This document shows positions 22,286 through 34,000 of a stretch of DNA of 64,000 nt, in pieces. The notes below the pieces were generated by a model, which was not told where the DNA came from, ran no database searches, and saw nothing but the letters and a program-made list of their open reading frames with translations. This stretch comes from Nemertoderma westbladi (taxonomy: Eukaryota > Animalia > Xenacoelomorpha). The stretch's first letter is position 1, and the number at the start of each line of letters is the position of its first letter. The stretch lies in assembly GCA_032718475.1 (NCBI GenBank), contig JAUCBJ010004350.1, forward strand, positions 94,928 to 158,927, given 5' to 3'. A program made the position numbers and the translations under genes.

Positions 22286-25200
22286 TTGCCACATCACTAT
22301 GTGAGACATCCCGACAAACCAGACAAAGTACGTGTAGTCAATGACTGTGCGGCTCTGTTTGAGGGAATGTCCCTCAATAGCGAGTTGATGGATGGACCAA
22401 ACATGAATAATTATCTTATGGGGGTGATTATGCGCTTCCGTCAGCGTCAAGTAGCCTTTACTTGTGACGTCGAAGCTATGTTTCACCAAGTGAGAGCGTT
22501 AGAGCAAGACAGAGACAGTTTGAGGTTCCTCTGGTATCCGGAAGGAGACTTAAGTCTACCACCGGCGACTTACCAAATGCAAGTTCGCGTTTTCGGTGCC
22601 AGGGACAGCCCAAACTGTACGATGTATGCCCTAAAGCAAGCCGCTAGGGATCAGAAACATATATATGACCCAGAGATAATTAAGATCGTAGAACGTGACT
22701 TTTACGTGGACGATGGTTTACAGAGTTGTGACACAGCAGAACGTGCTATTACAGTAGCACATCAATTACGGGACTGCTTAGCGGGCGGAGGTTTTAACCT
22801 CACCAAATTCGCCTCAAACAGTGCCGAATTGGTAGACTCATTCGGAACGACTGAGCGTGGAGGTGGTGACATTGACCTAGAGTTCGAACCACTACCGACG
22901 ACCAAGGTGTTGGGGCTCTTTTGGGACCCAAACACGGACAACTTTCGAGTGAAGGTGAGACTGGACACTCAAGAAAACACTCTGACAAAGAGATCCTGCT
23001 TGTCAAAATTGAGTCGATTGTTCGATCCATTAGGATTCATCAGTCCAATAATACTGCAAGCCAGAATTTATATGCGCAGTATTTGGAAGGATGGACTGAC
23101 ATGGGACGAGCCAATCTCATTAGAACAAGTGGACTTATGGAAAACCTGGGAGGCAGAATTATCTTCGCTAGAGGATTATTCCATACTCAGAGTGTACTTT
23201 CCATTACAAACGACGTTTCCTGACAACCTGGAATTACATTGTTTCTCCGACACCAGTGACAACGGCTTTGGTGTGGCAGCGTACTTGCGCAGACAAGTAG
23301 ACTCAGAAGAGTTTGATGTTTCGCTCATTACTTCTAAGGCAAAAACAATGCCTACTAAGTATATGACGACACCACGAGCTGAGCTACAAGCCGCAACCCT
23401 GTCAACCACAATCGTGAACCTTATACAGACGGAACTACAGTCAAGCTTACAGATATTTTATTGGACTGACGCGACGTTGGTTTTATTTTACATAAACAAC
23501 GACACACTTGAATTCAAGACATTCGTAGCTAACCGTCGCGCAGAAATTCTAGACCGTTCAATAAAGGAAGATTGGCGACATTGTCCCGGACCACAAAACC
23601 CAGCCAATATTGCGTCGCGAGGAATGATGCCTGAGGAATTCTGTAAACCGGAGAACAAAGAATTTTGGCAGCACGGACCACAGTTCTTGCAAGGATCAAC
23701 ACTACATTGGCCGCCACTATACGACAACAAGTCTAACACTATCCCTAAAGACGCGGAAATTAAAAAACCAAAGAAAGGAAAAGCAAAGAAAAGGACGGCG
23801 GCTAAACTTAAGAAAAAACCGAAGGCGAAATGGAAGGCGATAACTTCAAAGGTCAAGAACGGAAGACTTGCGAGCCTTTCTACACCAGACGTATCGCCAG
23901 ACGATCAACCAGACGCGTTACTAGACGGTCAACCAGACGTTTTGCCAGACATATCACAAAATGTTCTACCAGACACTAGTAACATATTGACAAATAGTAA
24001 AGCCGCAGTTTCTCTATTGGAGCGGCCTTCTATTGACAAACAACCAGACGCGTTACTAGACGGTCAACCAGACGTTTTGCCAGACACGTCACTAGATATT
24101 TCGCCGGATGTTCCGCGAAACATTTTACCAGACATGTCACAAAATGTTCTACCAGACACTAGTAACATATTGACAAATAGTAAAGCCGCAGTTTCCCTAT
24201 TGGAGCGGCCTTGTATTGACAAACTACCAAATTTGACACACTTGAGCAACAATAAGCACAGTGAAACCTCATGTATTACAGATGTGGGTAGTACCTACGC
24301 TAATGTAAATACAGGTGTTACTTTGCGCTCAAGAGACATACCAAACTTGCAACCTATGGTGAGACCCGGGATTAATATCGGCAGAAAAATAAGTTTACCG
24401 AAACCCAGTGACCCCATAGAGTTCAAACCACCATTAACGATCGACTTACAAAGTACTGACAACCAAGGTAAGAAAACAAAGAAGGACAAATTACTTGTGG
24501 ACCCGGACGGATCAACAGTCAACAAGGGAATACCTACCGGCGGACCCGTGGGCCCTTCTAGTAAATCAAAACCTTCCAAATTCTCCATTGACTTACCTGA
24601 TGACGTCACAAATACTTACGTCGACCGTATTGTAAACTTAACAGATTCTTGGACAAACGCTTGCCGAAAATTAGCGTGGATTGTACGTTTTGTACAATAC
24701 GTTAAAGGCAAACGCGACTTTACACGTCGACTTACATTGACTGAGATTGACAGGTGTGAAATTAAATTAATTCGCCATTACCAACTGCGATATTTCGCAC
24801 GCGAATTCACATCTATAAATCAAGGTCAACCAATCAAGTCGTCACCAATATTGAGTTGGAGTCCGATAATTTATAATGGCTTAATTTGTCATAAATCTCG
24901 GCTTCAAAATATTGACTTTAATACTGACTTTAGGTACCCAATAATAATACCGCAACATCACGAATTACAGCGTGCAATGATACTGGACGCACATTTACAT
25001 CTGAAACACGCTGGAAGACACCACTGTCTTTCCTACTTACGTACAAGATTTGTACTAATTAGACCCAGTAAAGCGTTAAGTTCAGTGACACGTACGTGTA
25101 TTATTTGTAAAAAGGTACACTCTAGAATAGGTACCCAAGAAATGAGTGAACTTCCACAAGCACGACTTCAAGCATTCAGACCACCTTTTACAGAGACTGG

Positions 25201-26128
25201 AATTGATTGCTTTGGTCCCATACATACGAAACGTGGACGTATACTAGTAAAACGCTGGGGACTGATTTTCACATGTATGTCCAGTAGGGCAGTTCATATT
25301 GAACGTGTGATGGATCTTTCCACCAACGCGTTTATACTAGCATTGCGGCGATTTATCGCTAGACGCGGACTAGTGAAATGCTTGTACTCAGACCAAGGGA
25401 CAAACTTTGTTGGTGCCCGAAATGAAATTGCTAGAGCCTTTAGGAAATTAGATCATGATCAAATCTCAAACGAACTACGTCCTTACAAGATTGTTTGGAA
25501 GTTTAATCCTCCAGATAGTCCATGGAGAGGCGGAGTCTGGGAGAGATTGATTAGATCTATAAAAACAGCCATGGCAAAAGTAATTCCAGTAAACCACATT
25601 TTGACAGACGACCAACTGACAACACTGTTTGTTGAAATCGAGGCAATACTAAATACTAGACCAATAGTATTAGTACCCGATGACAAACAATCCCAGTTTG
25701 CTTTAACACCGGCACACCTGCTTATGCAGGCACCGACTACTTTGACGCCTATTTCTTTTCCAACAGAAGGCGATAGCTACGGTAGAAAAGCGTGGAAAAT
25801 CACGCAACTACTAGCTAACAAATTCTGGGAAATATGGCAAAACCATTATTTGCCCTCTATTTCTGCCAGAACAACATGGTACAATAACACCCGCGCATTA
25901 AAGCCGGGAGATCACGTGCTGTTAGCGGAAGTGAATCTAAAAAGACGCTTCTGGATAACAGGTGTAATTTTAGCCACACATCCATCTATGGATGGAGTGA
26001 CAAGAACTGTGACGGTACGGACAATTGACGGTCGTACAGTAGACGGACCGACTCAACGTCTCGTACTTCTTGAAGAGACTCGTAACGAGTCTGGAGACTA
26101 CAAATCTCCAACAAATGTTAGTAAATAA
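22286..26128 (+). CDS. BEL/Pao pol: reverse transcriptase, RNase H, integrase
   Basis: RVVNDCA, DVEAMFHQV, FYVDDG (RT); FDPLGF, LHCFSD, TPRAEL, WTDA (Pao RNase H); HAG..CIICKK, IDCFGP, SDQGTNF, GGVWERLIRSIK (IN). The true start lies upstream across a frameshift. Confidence 0.95.
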   Translation: MPHHYVRHPDKPDKVRVVNDCAALFEGMSLNSELMDGPNMNNYLMGVIMRFRQRQVAFTCDVEAMFHQVRALEQDRDSLRFLWYPEGDLSLPPATYQMQVRVFGARDSPNCTMYALKQAARDQKHIYDPEIIKIVERDFYVDDGLQSCDTAERAITVAHQLRDCLAGGGFNLTKFASNSAELVDSFGTTERGGGDIDLEFEPLPTTKVLGLFWDPNTDNFRVKVRLDTQENTLTKRSCLSKLSRLFDPLGFISPIILQARIYMRSIWKDGLTWDEPISLEQVDLWKTWEAELSSLEDYSILRVYFPLQTTFPDNLELHCFSDTSDNGFGVAAYLRRQVDSEEFDVSLITSKAKTMPTKYMTTPRAELQAATLSTTIVNLIQTELQSSLQIFYWTDATLVLFYINNDTLEFKTFVANRRAEILDRSIKEDWRHCPGPQNPANIASRGMMPEEFCKPENKEFWQHGPQFLQGSTLHWPPLYDNKSNTIPKDAEIKKPKKGKAKKRTAAKLKKKPKAKWKAITSKVKNGRLASLSTPDVSPDDQPDALLDGQPDVLPDISQNVLPDTSNILTNSKAAVSLLERPSIDKQPDALLDGQPDVLPDTSLDISPDVPRNILPDMSQNVLPDTSNILTNSKAAVSLLERPCIDKLPNLTHLSNNKHSETSCITDVGSTYANVNTGVTLRSRDIPNLQPMVRPGINIGRKISLPKPSDPIEFKPPLTIDLQSTDNQGKKTKKDKLLVDPDGSTVNKGIPTGGPVGPSSKSKPSKFSIDLPDDVTNTYVDRIVNLTDSWTNACRKLAWIVRFVQYVKGKRDFTRRLTLTEIDRCEIKLIRHYQLRYFAREFTSINQGQPIKSSPILSWSPIIYNGLICHKSRLQNIDFNTDFRYPIIIPQHHELQRAMILDAHLHLKHAGRHHCLSYLRTRFVLIRPSKALSSVTRTCIICKKVHSRIGTQEMSELPQARLQAFRPPFTETGIDCFGPIHTKRGRILVKRWGLIFTCMSSRAVHIERVMDLSTNAFILALRRFIARRGLVKCLYSDQGTNFVGARNEIARAFRKLDHDQISNELRPYKIVWKFNPPDSPWRGGVWERLIRSIKTAMAKVIPVNHILTDDQLTTLFVEIEAILNTRPIVLVPDDKQSQFALTPAHLLMQAPTTLTPISFPTEGDSYGRKAWKITQLLANKFWEIWQNHYLPSISARTTWYNNTRALKPGDHVLLAEVNLKRRFWITGVILATHPSMDGVTRTVTVRTIDGRTVDGPTQRLVLLEETRNESGDYKSPTNVSK

Positions 26129-26788
26129 TTAGGAGTTTACAAATAGATTTCCACATACCTGTACACCATAGTAAGGACAGCGGTAGAATTCCATTGTCTT
26201 TATATGTGAACATTGAGGGTAGTACCCTTATGTGTCACATAGGAGCGGGATTTGTAGGTATAAGAAATGGAATTCTACTTGGAACTCACAATATTGAGAC
26301 ATTTTCGAAATTTTAGACAATCCATTTGGATTTGAAAATTTTTAAAATTTTCTCCAGTGAATAGATTTCAGGGTACAGTCGGGTGGAACTTAAAATTAGA
26401 GAAACAAGAGAGGAAGACTTGCGAGCCTTTCTTAAAATTTTAATTAAATTTTACACGGTCTTGTTTCAATAAGTTACGTCAATAAATAGACTTCCCTATA
26501 TTTATTACTAATTCTTGACTGCTTATTTTCTGATAATAGTTTGGGATCAAAAGTGAGTATTTTAGACTCACAGCCAGTTTAGCCCAAATTCGTTTTTATT
26601 TCGGCAAAAATTTTAGATAAGAAGCAGCGTGTCATTAAAGAAACCCTAGATCTTAGGCTATGGGTAGGAGGTTAGAGCATTGTCGAGCCAAAAGGGCAGA
26701 CGAAAACTCTCACGTCTCCTCACAACTAACAATAAACTCTGTTGTATTCCCTCTAGTAGCAATGATTATGTAACCATTACTTCCAATA

Positions 26789-27622
26789 ATGGAGAAGGGG
26801 ATACATGGAGAGCCGAGATGGGGATATGATATCCAAGAGGAAGCAGCAGCGCCATTCGAAAGATTTGGAGCCAAAGACTACACTATATTTGGTATAAAGG
26901 ATTTATCAGAAAGTACAGCGAGACTCGCGAGAACTAAATATGACTCGAATGTATTAAAGAGAAGGCAAAACGCATTAAATGAGAGAATCGAAAGTTTGCG
27001 CAAAACCTTCAATGAACTTTACCCGTACGACGCTTTGTGTGATACGGGAGACATTAGCGAAGACCCCGATACCGAAATTAGTCGTTTGTATCATACTATG
27101 CAATACCTGAAGGCACACGAACCTATGCCCGCGGTACGTGATGAATTCGATGGAATGCATCTTTACAGATGAACTCGAGGGGACGATAGAGAAACAAAGG
27201 AAGCATTTTCAGTTTATAAACTTTATTATCAATGCGGTTCTTGTATGCGCGAACAACGAAATGCGATTCCGATGCGTTTGAATAAGGAAAATCCCGAACC
27301 GATATTGGCGAGGTGTTCGAACCATCAACAACTACGCTACCAGGAAGGAGGGTATCCTTTATCAAATCCATATCATTCGTTTGCTATGACTGGACCAAAG
27401 GCGGGAGAAACTGTCGTTTACCCACCTAAAGTTGTTGAACCCGATGCATTTGAACTTACGCTGGACGAGGCGAATCAGTCAACCCGCAAAAGAAAGAAGC
27501 TCTTAGCCTATACAGAGCCTACAAGGCTTTCGAGAAAGGTGAGATGGAAGAATGGGGCGGAAGACTCGCGAGCCTACCTTACCATTGGACGTCACACGAT
27601 CAAACTTCAGCTAAGGAGATGA
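26789..27622 (+). CDS. Accessory 3' ORF of the BEL element, unknown function, interrupted by one in-frame TGA (27170-27172)
   Basis: ORFs 26789-27172 and 27245-27622 share a frame with open sequence between them (TRGDDRETKEAFSVYKLYYQCGSC). No env-like signal peptide or TM segment is visible. Confidence 0.5.
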
Positions 27623-27742
27623 CACCGGAAATTTTCGAAAGTATAAACTTTGCCCAAAATGTTCAATCGTATCACATATGGTGAATTTGACCGTTTTCGA
27701 ACAGAAAAGCGAAATAAAGGAGCTTAGTTAACCGTCGCATGG

Positions 27743-28300
27743 GTGTACCGAGCCGCGTTCTATCATAGGCGTATACGAGCGAGCGTATTCGAGGAAGAGG
27801 AGATCCTAGAGGCGACCGACATACCAGCCACTCCGGTTGCACCGTCTGCACGTCACCCTCGGGAGGACGGACAGGGTAGGATCATAAGGGTCCAGAAAGT
27901 GAGCCAACAATTAAAGAAGTCTATTAATATAGAAGAACGCAAGGGAGTTGAGCCGACCATTCGAATTACTCGGGATACGGTATCGCTTCCTAGAGAATCA
28001 ACAGGAGGATCGGGACATACACCAGCTGATCAAAAGGGGGCGCAAGCTACTCTTGGGTCTGCGTCGTCCGCTTCCCGCGCGTTCCCAGACGTTTTACCAA
28101 CTGTAGTGACAACTGATCGGTCACGAGGAATCGGTCGAGGTTTTGGGATGCCAAATAGACGAATTTGTGAGGAAATGGTCGCACCGTCTCTCAACGTCCA
28201 AACGAAACCAGTGACTCGCCCCACGAGTCCCATATCGCGAGCAAAGTCACCTGTGCGCAGTTTTCGAGGACGCGGCAGGGCTCGATCAACTAAGCGATAA
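27743..28300 (+). CDS. Accessory 3' ORF, low-complexity with basic RGRGR C-terminus
   Basis: 185-codon open frame just before the AT-rich 3' UTR. Start codon uncertain (GTG). Confidence 0.45.
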   Translation: MYRAAFYHRRIRASVFEEEEILEATDIPATPVAPSARHPREDGQGRIIRVQKVSQQLKKSINIEERKGVEPTIRITRDTVSLPRESTGGSGHTPADQKGAQATLGSASSASRAFPDVLPTVVTTDRSRGIGRGFGMPNRRICEEMVAPSLNVQTKPVTRPTSPISRAKSPVRSFRGRGRARSTKR

Positions 28301-29088
28301 AAGGGAGGGCAAGGGTGGACGGAAGACTCGTGAGCCTTTCTTGTGAATTTGTGATTTATTTGAATTATATGTTTTATATTTAATTAGTAAGTTTTGTATT
28401 CTGGAAGAACTCATATTTAGTAAGATTTATATTTAGAAGGAAGTTATATTTTGCAAGATTTATATTTTATATTTGTGATTATTCCGAACTTATGCAATTT
28501 ATATTGTTCCGAATACTATGCAATTTATATCTTATAAGCAGTATTTGTATTTACAGTGAAATAGAAAGTAAGAGTAGATGGAAGACTCGTGGGCCTTTCT
28601 TATAGTTTCATTTGTAAAGTGTTATATTTTGTATTTAGAAGGTTTTATAGTTAGAAAGTTTTGTACTTAGAAAGACTCATATTTGTAATTATTCCGAACT
28701 TATGCAATCTACATTTAGGCACGAAAGTATTTGTAATTATTTGAATTTATGCAATATTTGAGATGCAATAGTAGATGGAAGACTCGCGAGCCTTTCTTAT
28801 GATTTTCATTTATTTGTATTTGTAATTGTTTGAATTTATGCAATATTGAGATGCAATAGATTTATATTGGTGAATTTAATTTAGATTTATATTGTACTTA
28901 CTTAGTAAAGCCTTAAATATGTAAAGTTTGAATTTGTAATTATTTTGTATCGAATCATTATGTAGAAAGGAAGTATTATTGCTTGAAATTTAATTTGTAA
29001 ATATGTAAGTACGCCCTAAGTATTCTATAATTTGATTGATTATTGGTGAAAACCGTATATTTTATGCACAATAATATCCTGTTTTCAT

Positions 29089-29095
29089 GGAGCGG
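29089..29095 (+). promoter_or_regulatory. Polypurine-tract equivalent GGAGCGG
   Basis: Abuts the 3' LTR. The same motif abuts the LTR of the second element (61602-61609, minus). Confidence 0.7.
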
Positions 29096-31005
29096 TATAG
29101 AATTATATTCCCTAAATGCCGTGGATTTTCAAAATTTTATTTTATTCGAATTAACTTTGCTAAAAGATTACATTGAGTCCTCATTTGTATTTGCTATTCC
29201 TATTTGAACGATGATTAGTCAAGTGGTTCAGTAGCTCAGTCGGTAGAGCGTTGGAAATTATATGTAGTGTGTATTGAGTTCGAATCCTAGTAGGTGCGAA
29301 TTATTTTTTGTGCAGAATTTCAACTCATTTAAATTGACCGCTACAAATTAATTGCATTTGCTCGAAGTAAGATTAACCAATGAGACTGTAGTTATTAGAT
29401 TGTAACCAATGTCATACAAGTTATATATTTGCTGGACCAATAGCTATCTTTAAAAACCTGTTAGAACCTATAGAACAATCGAGAATTTTCTCGATTGATT
29501 GCAGCACAAATTTGCTATATAAAGGTGCGATTTGTTCATTAGTTATCTTACACAATATATCTATCGTATCTATCTTTCATTCTTTCTCAGTTACATTATT
29601 TCAGATTACATTGTTTATTGTATAATAGTTATTGTTTGATTTTGTAATAAAAGTTAGAAATACTTGTCACATCTGCCCTTTTCTATCTGTTTTATCATGC
29701 TTCACCACGGTGAACTCAACTGAGGGACAGGATGGCTGGCTAGACATCGGGCCGCAGCAATGAACGGGAACATCTAGGGAATGTAGACAGGAGACAACCC
29801 GCAATATCATCTTAGTTATTCGCCCATCGCCTGAAAGGTTAGACAGCGTTCGATGCCTTGCTACCTAAGTGTAAGACCAAAGATCAAAGGTAGAGGTAGT
29901 GACACGCTGTACGCCTAAAAATTACATCTAGGGATTGTACTGTTTTAATTCAGGAAAAAACCGCAGTAGACCTTCATATTCCTACGGGGGGAGAGCAGGC
30001 AGAGATACTAGTACGCAGATAGGACGTAGGCACACCGGTACAAAGCATACACATTGGTAGGGTGCAGCAAACTGTACGCCTAACTCTTGCTAAGTACAGG
30101 TGCGTCTGCGACTATTTGTAGTACAACGGTGTCCATTGCATTAGAACTTGTAGGCTAGGAGGGTTACTGTGTTTCACCTGAATTAGGATTGTACCGTTCA
30201 GGCGGTAGGGCAGTTTACGACTAGGCGCAAATAAATTGAGGCTAATTAGGGATACTAACATCTACCGTGTCCCCGCCGACATCCTGATAGGAAGTTACCA
30301 AGCCCACCTAGGTAACCAAAATTCTAGATAGGACGCCAGGCTAGCTATTAGTAACCGTACGCCTACTGTAGTAAACTAACACATTTCTTCTTAGTATTAG
30401 GGACCTGGTAAATTAAAATTGCCGAATTCTGGGCGTAGCATTAACCTTATGCCTGAATTTGAGTCCTGGAAATACGCAAGAGGGGAAGGAACCTTATTAT
30501 TCGTGAGTATTGGACCTACAAGTTACAAAATTAGAATATTTGTAAAATGCACACCATACCCAGTAATTATATATATGAAGGAGCAAAACTGATCTTGACG
30601 GTTCAGAATTAACACGCGCGCGTTAGAAATTATTTACACCTCAAAATATATAAAATTAACTTTTGTCCGTACTGCACTTTGCCCGCTAGTTAGACATCTC
30701 CAAATCTCTGCACCTAGCTAGCGTCTCTTTCGCCCAACCATATAAATCACACCGCGGCAAAGTATACGAGCCCCTTAGTCCGTCAGTGAGTCAGCCTGAT
30801 TTTAGGATTCGCTGCGCGGGATTTTGTTTTATCGAAGTTTGTCCGTTCGTAGACTGTTTTCTGCCTCACCAGTTATAAGGGACCAATACTGCAATATATT
30901 CGCTTACTTGGAGTTTACTGTTTTGGTGAGAAGGTCGGATTTATGATTTGATTCACAAACTTTACAGTAAGATATTGCAGGTATTGTTACTGTCTCTTCG
31001 AATTA
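29096..31005 (+). repeat. 3' LTR (1910 bp)
   Basis: Direct repeat of 14533-16445, followed by TSD GTGGT. Confidence 0.93.
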
Positions 31006-34000
31006 GTGGTGTATCAACAACCAGAGAGAATAATGTGTTCTATCTTGTAAAAGTGGTCGCTCTCCACTACTGTGGTGTATCAACAACCAGAGAGAATAAT
31101 GTGTTCTATCTTGTAAAAGTGGCCGCTCTCCACTACTGTGGTGTATCAACAACCAGAGAGAATAATGTGTTCTATCTTGTAAAAGTGGTCGCTCTCCACT
31201 ACTGTGGTGTATCAACAACCAGAGAGAATAATGTGTTCTATCTTGTAAAAGTGGTCGCTCTCCACTACTAACTGTGGTGTATCAACAACCAGAGAGAATA
31301 ATGTGTTCTATCTTGTAAAAGTGGTCGCTCTCCACTACTGTGGTGTATCAACAACCAGAGAGAATAATGTGTTCTATCTTGTAAAAGTGGTCGCTCTCCA
31401 CTACTGTGGTGTATCAACAACCAGAGAGAATAATGTGTTCTATCTTGTAAAAGTGGCCGCTCTCCACTACTGTGGTGTATCAACAACCAGAGAGAATAAT
31501 GTGTTCTATCTTGTAAAAGTGGCCGATCGCCACTACTGTGGTGTATCAACAACCAGAGAGAATAATGTGTTCTATCTTGTAAAAGTGGTCGCTCTCCACT
31601 ACTGTGGTGTATCAACAACCAGAGAGAATAATGTGTTCTATCTTGTAAAATTGGTCGCTCTCCACTACTGTGGTGTATCAACAACCAGAGAGAATAATGT
31701 GTTCTATCTTGTAAAAGTGGCCGATCGCCACTACTGTGGTGTATCAACAACCAGAGAGAATAATGTGTTCTATCTTGTAAAAGTGGTCGCTCTCCACTAC
31801 TGTGGTGTATCAACAACCAGAGAGAATAATGTGTTCTATCTTGTAAAATTGGTCGCTCTCCACTACTGTGGTGTATCAACAACCAGAGAGAATAATGTGT
31901 TCTATCTTGTAAAATTGGTCGCTCTCCACTACTGTGGTGTATCAACAACCAGAGAGAATAATGTGTTCTATCTTGTAAAAGTTGCCGATCTCCACTACTG
32001 TGGTGTATCAACAACCAGAGAGAATAATGTGTTCTATCTTGTAAAAGTGGTCGCTCTCCACTACTGTGGTGTATCAACAACCAGAGAGAATAATGTGTTC
32101 TATCTTGTAAAAGTGGTCGCTCTCCACTACTGTGGTGTATCAACAACCAGAGAGAATAATGTGTTCTATCTTGTAAAAGTGGCCGCTCTCCACTACTGTG
32201 GTGTATCAACAACCAGAGAGAATAATGTGTTCTATCTTGTAAAAGTGGTCGCTCTCCACTACTGTGGTGTATCAACAACCAGAGAGAATAATGTGTTCTA
32301 TCTTGTAAAAGTGGTCGCTCTCCACTACTAACTGTGGTGTATCAACAACCAGAGAGAATAATGTGTTCTATCTTGTAAAAGTGGCCGCTCTCCACTACTG
32401 TGGTGTATCAACAACCAGAGAGAATAATGTGTTCTATCTTGTAAAAGTGGTCGCTCTCCACTACTAACTGTGGTGTATCAACAACCAGAGAGAATAATGT
32501 GTTCTATCTTGTAAAAGTGGTCGCTCTCCACTACTGTGGTGTATCAACAACCAGAGAGAATAATGTGTTCTATCTTGTAAAAGTGGCCGCTCTCCACTAC
32601 TGTGATGTATCAACAACCAGAGAGAATAATGTGTTCTATCTTGTAAAAGTGGCCGCTCTCCACTACTGTGGTGTATCAACAACCAGAGAGAATAATGTGT
32701 TCTATCTTGTAAAAGTGGTCGCTCTCCACTACTGTGGTGTATCAACTACCAGAGAGAATAATGTGTTCTATCTTGTAAAAGTGGTCGCTCTCCACTACTG
32801 TAGTGTATCAACAACCAGAGAGAATAATGTGTTCTATCTTGTAAAAGTGGTCGCTCTCCACTACTGTGGTGTATCAACAACCAGAGAGAATAATGTGTTC
32901 TATCTTGTAAAAGTGGTCGCTCTCCACTACTGTGGTGTATCAACAACCAGAGAGAATAATGTGTTCTATCTTGTAAAAGTGGTCGCTCTCCACTACTGTG
33001 GTGTATCAACAACCAGAGAGAATAATGTGTTCTATCTTGTAAAAGTGGTCGCTCTCCACTACTGTGGTGTATCAACAACCAGAGAGAATAATGTGTTCTA
33101 TCTTGTAAAAGTGGTCGCTCTCCACTACTGTGGTGTATCAACAACCAGAGAGAATAATGTGTTCTATCTTGTAAAAGTGGTCGCTCTCCACTACTGTGGT
33201 GTATCAACAACCAGAGAGAATAATGTGTTCTATCTTGTAAAAGTGGCCGCTCTCCACTACTGTGGTGTATCAACAACCAGAGAGAATAATGTGTTCTATC
33301 TTGTAAAAGTGGCCGCTCTCCACTACTGTGGTGTATCAACAACCAGAGAGAATAATGTGTTCTATCTTGTAAAAGTGGTCGCTCTCCACTACTGTGGTGT
33401 ATCAACAACCAGAGAGAATAATGTGTTCTATCTTGTAAAAGTGGTCGCTCTCCACTACTAACTGTGGTGTATCAACAACCAGAGAGAATAATGTGTTCTA
33501 TCTTGTAAAAGTGGTCGCTCTCCACTACTGTGGTGTATCAACAACCAGAGAGAATAATGTGTTCTATCTTGTAAAAGTGGTCGCTCTCCACTACTGTGGT
33601 GTATCAACAACCAGAGAGAATAATGTGTTCTATCTTGTAAAAGTGGCCGCTCTCCACTACTGTGGTGTATCAACAACCAGAGAGAATAATGTGTTCTATC
33701 TTGTAAAAGTGGCCGCTCTCCACTACTGTGGTGTATCAACAACCAGAGAGAATAATGTGTTCTATCTTGTAAAAGTGGCCGCTCGCCACTACTGTGAGTG
33801 TATCAACAACCAGAGAGAATAATGTGTTCTATCTTGTAAAAGTGGCCGCTCTCCACTACTGTGGTGTATCAACAACCAGAGAGAATAATGTGTTCTATCT
33901 TGTAAAAGTGGTCGCTCTCCACTACTGTGGTGTATCAACAACCAGAGAGAATAATGTGTTCTATCTTGTAAAAGTGGCCGCTCTCCACTACTGTGGTGTA

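Larger units (their letters stand above)
14533..31005 (+). mobile_element. Full-length BEL/Pao LTR retrotransposon inserted in the 66-bp satellite
   Basis: Two 1.9-kb direct repeats, 5-bp TSD GTGGT (14528-14532 and 31006-31010), and gag-PR-RT-RH-IN order with BEL-type motifs. Confidence 0.95.
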
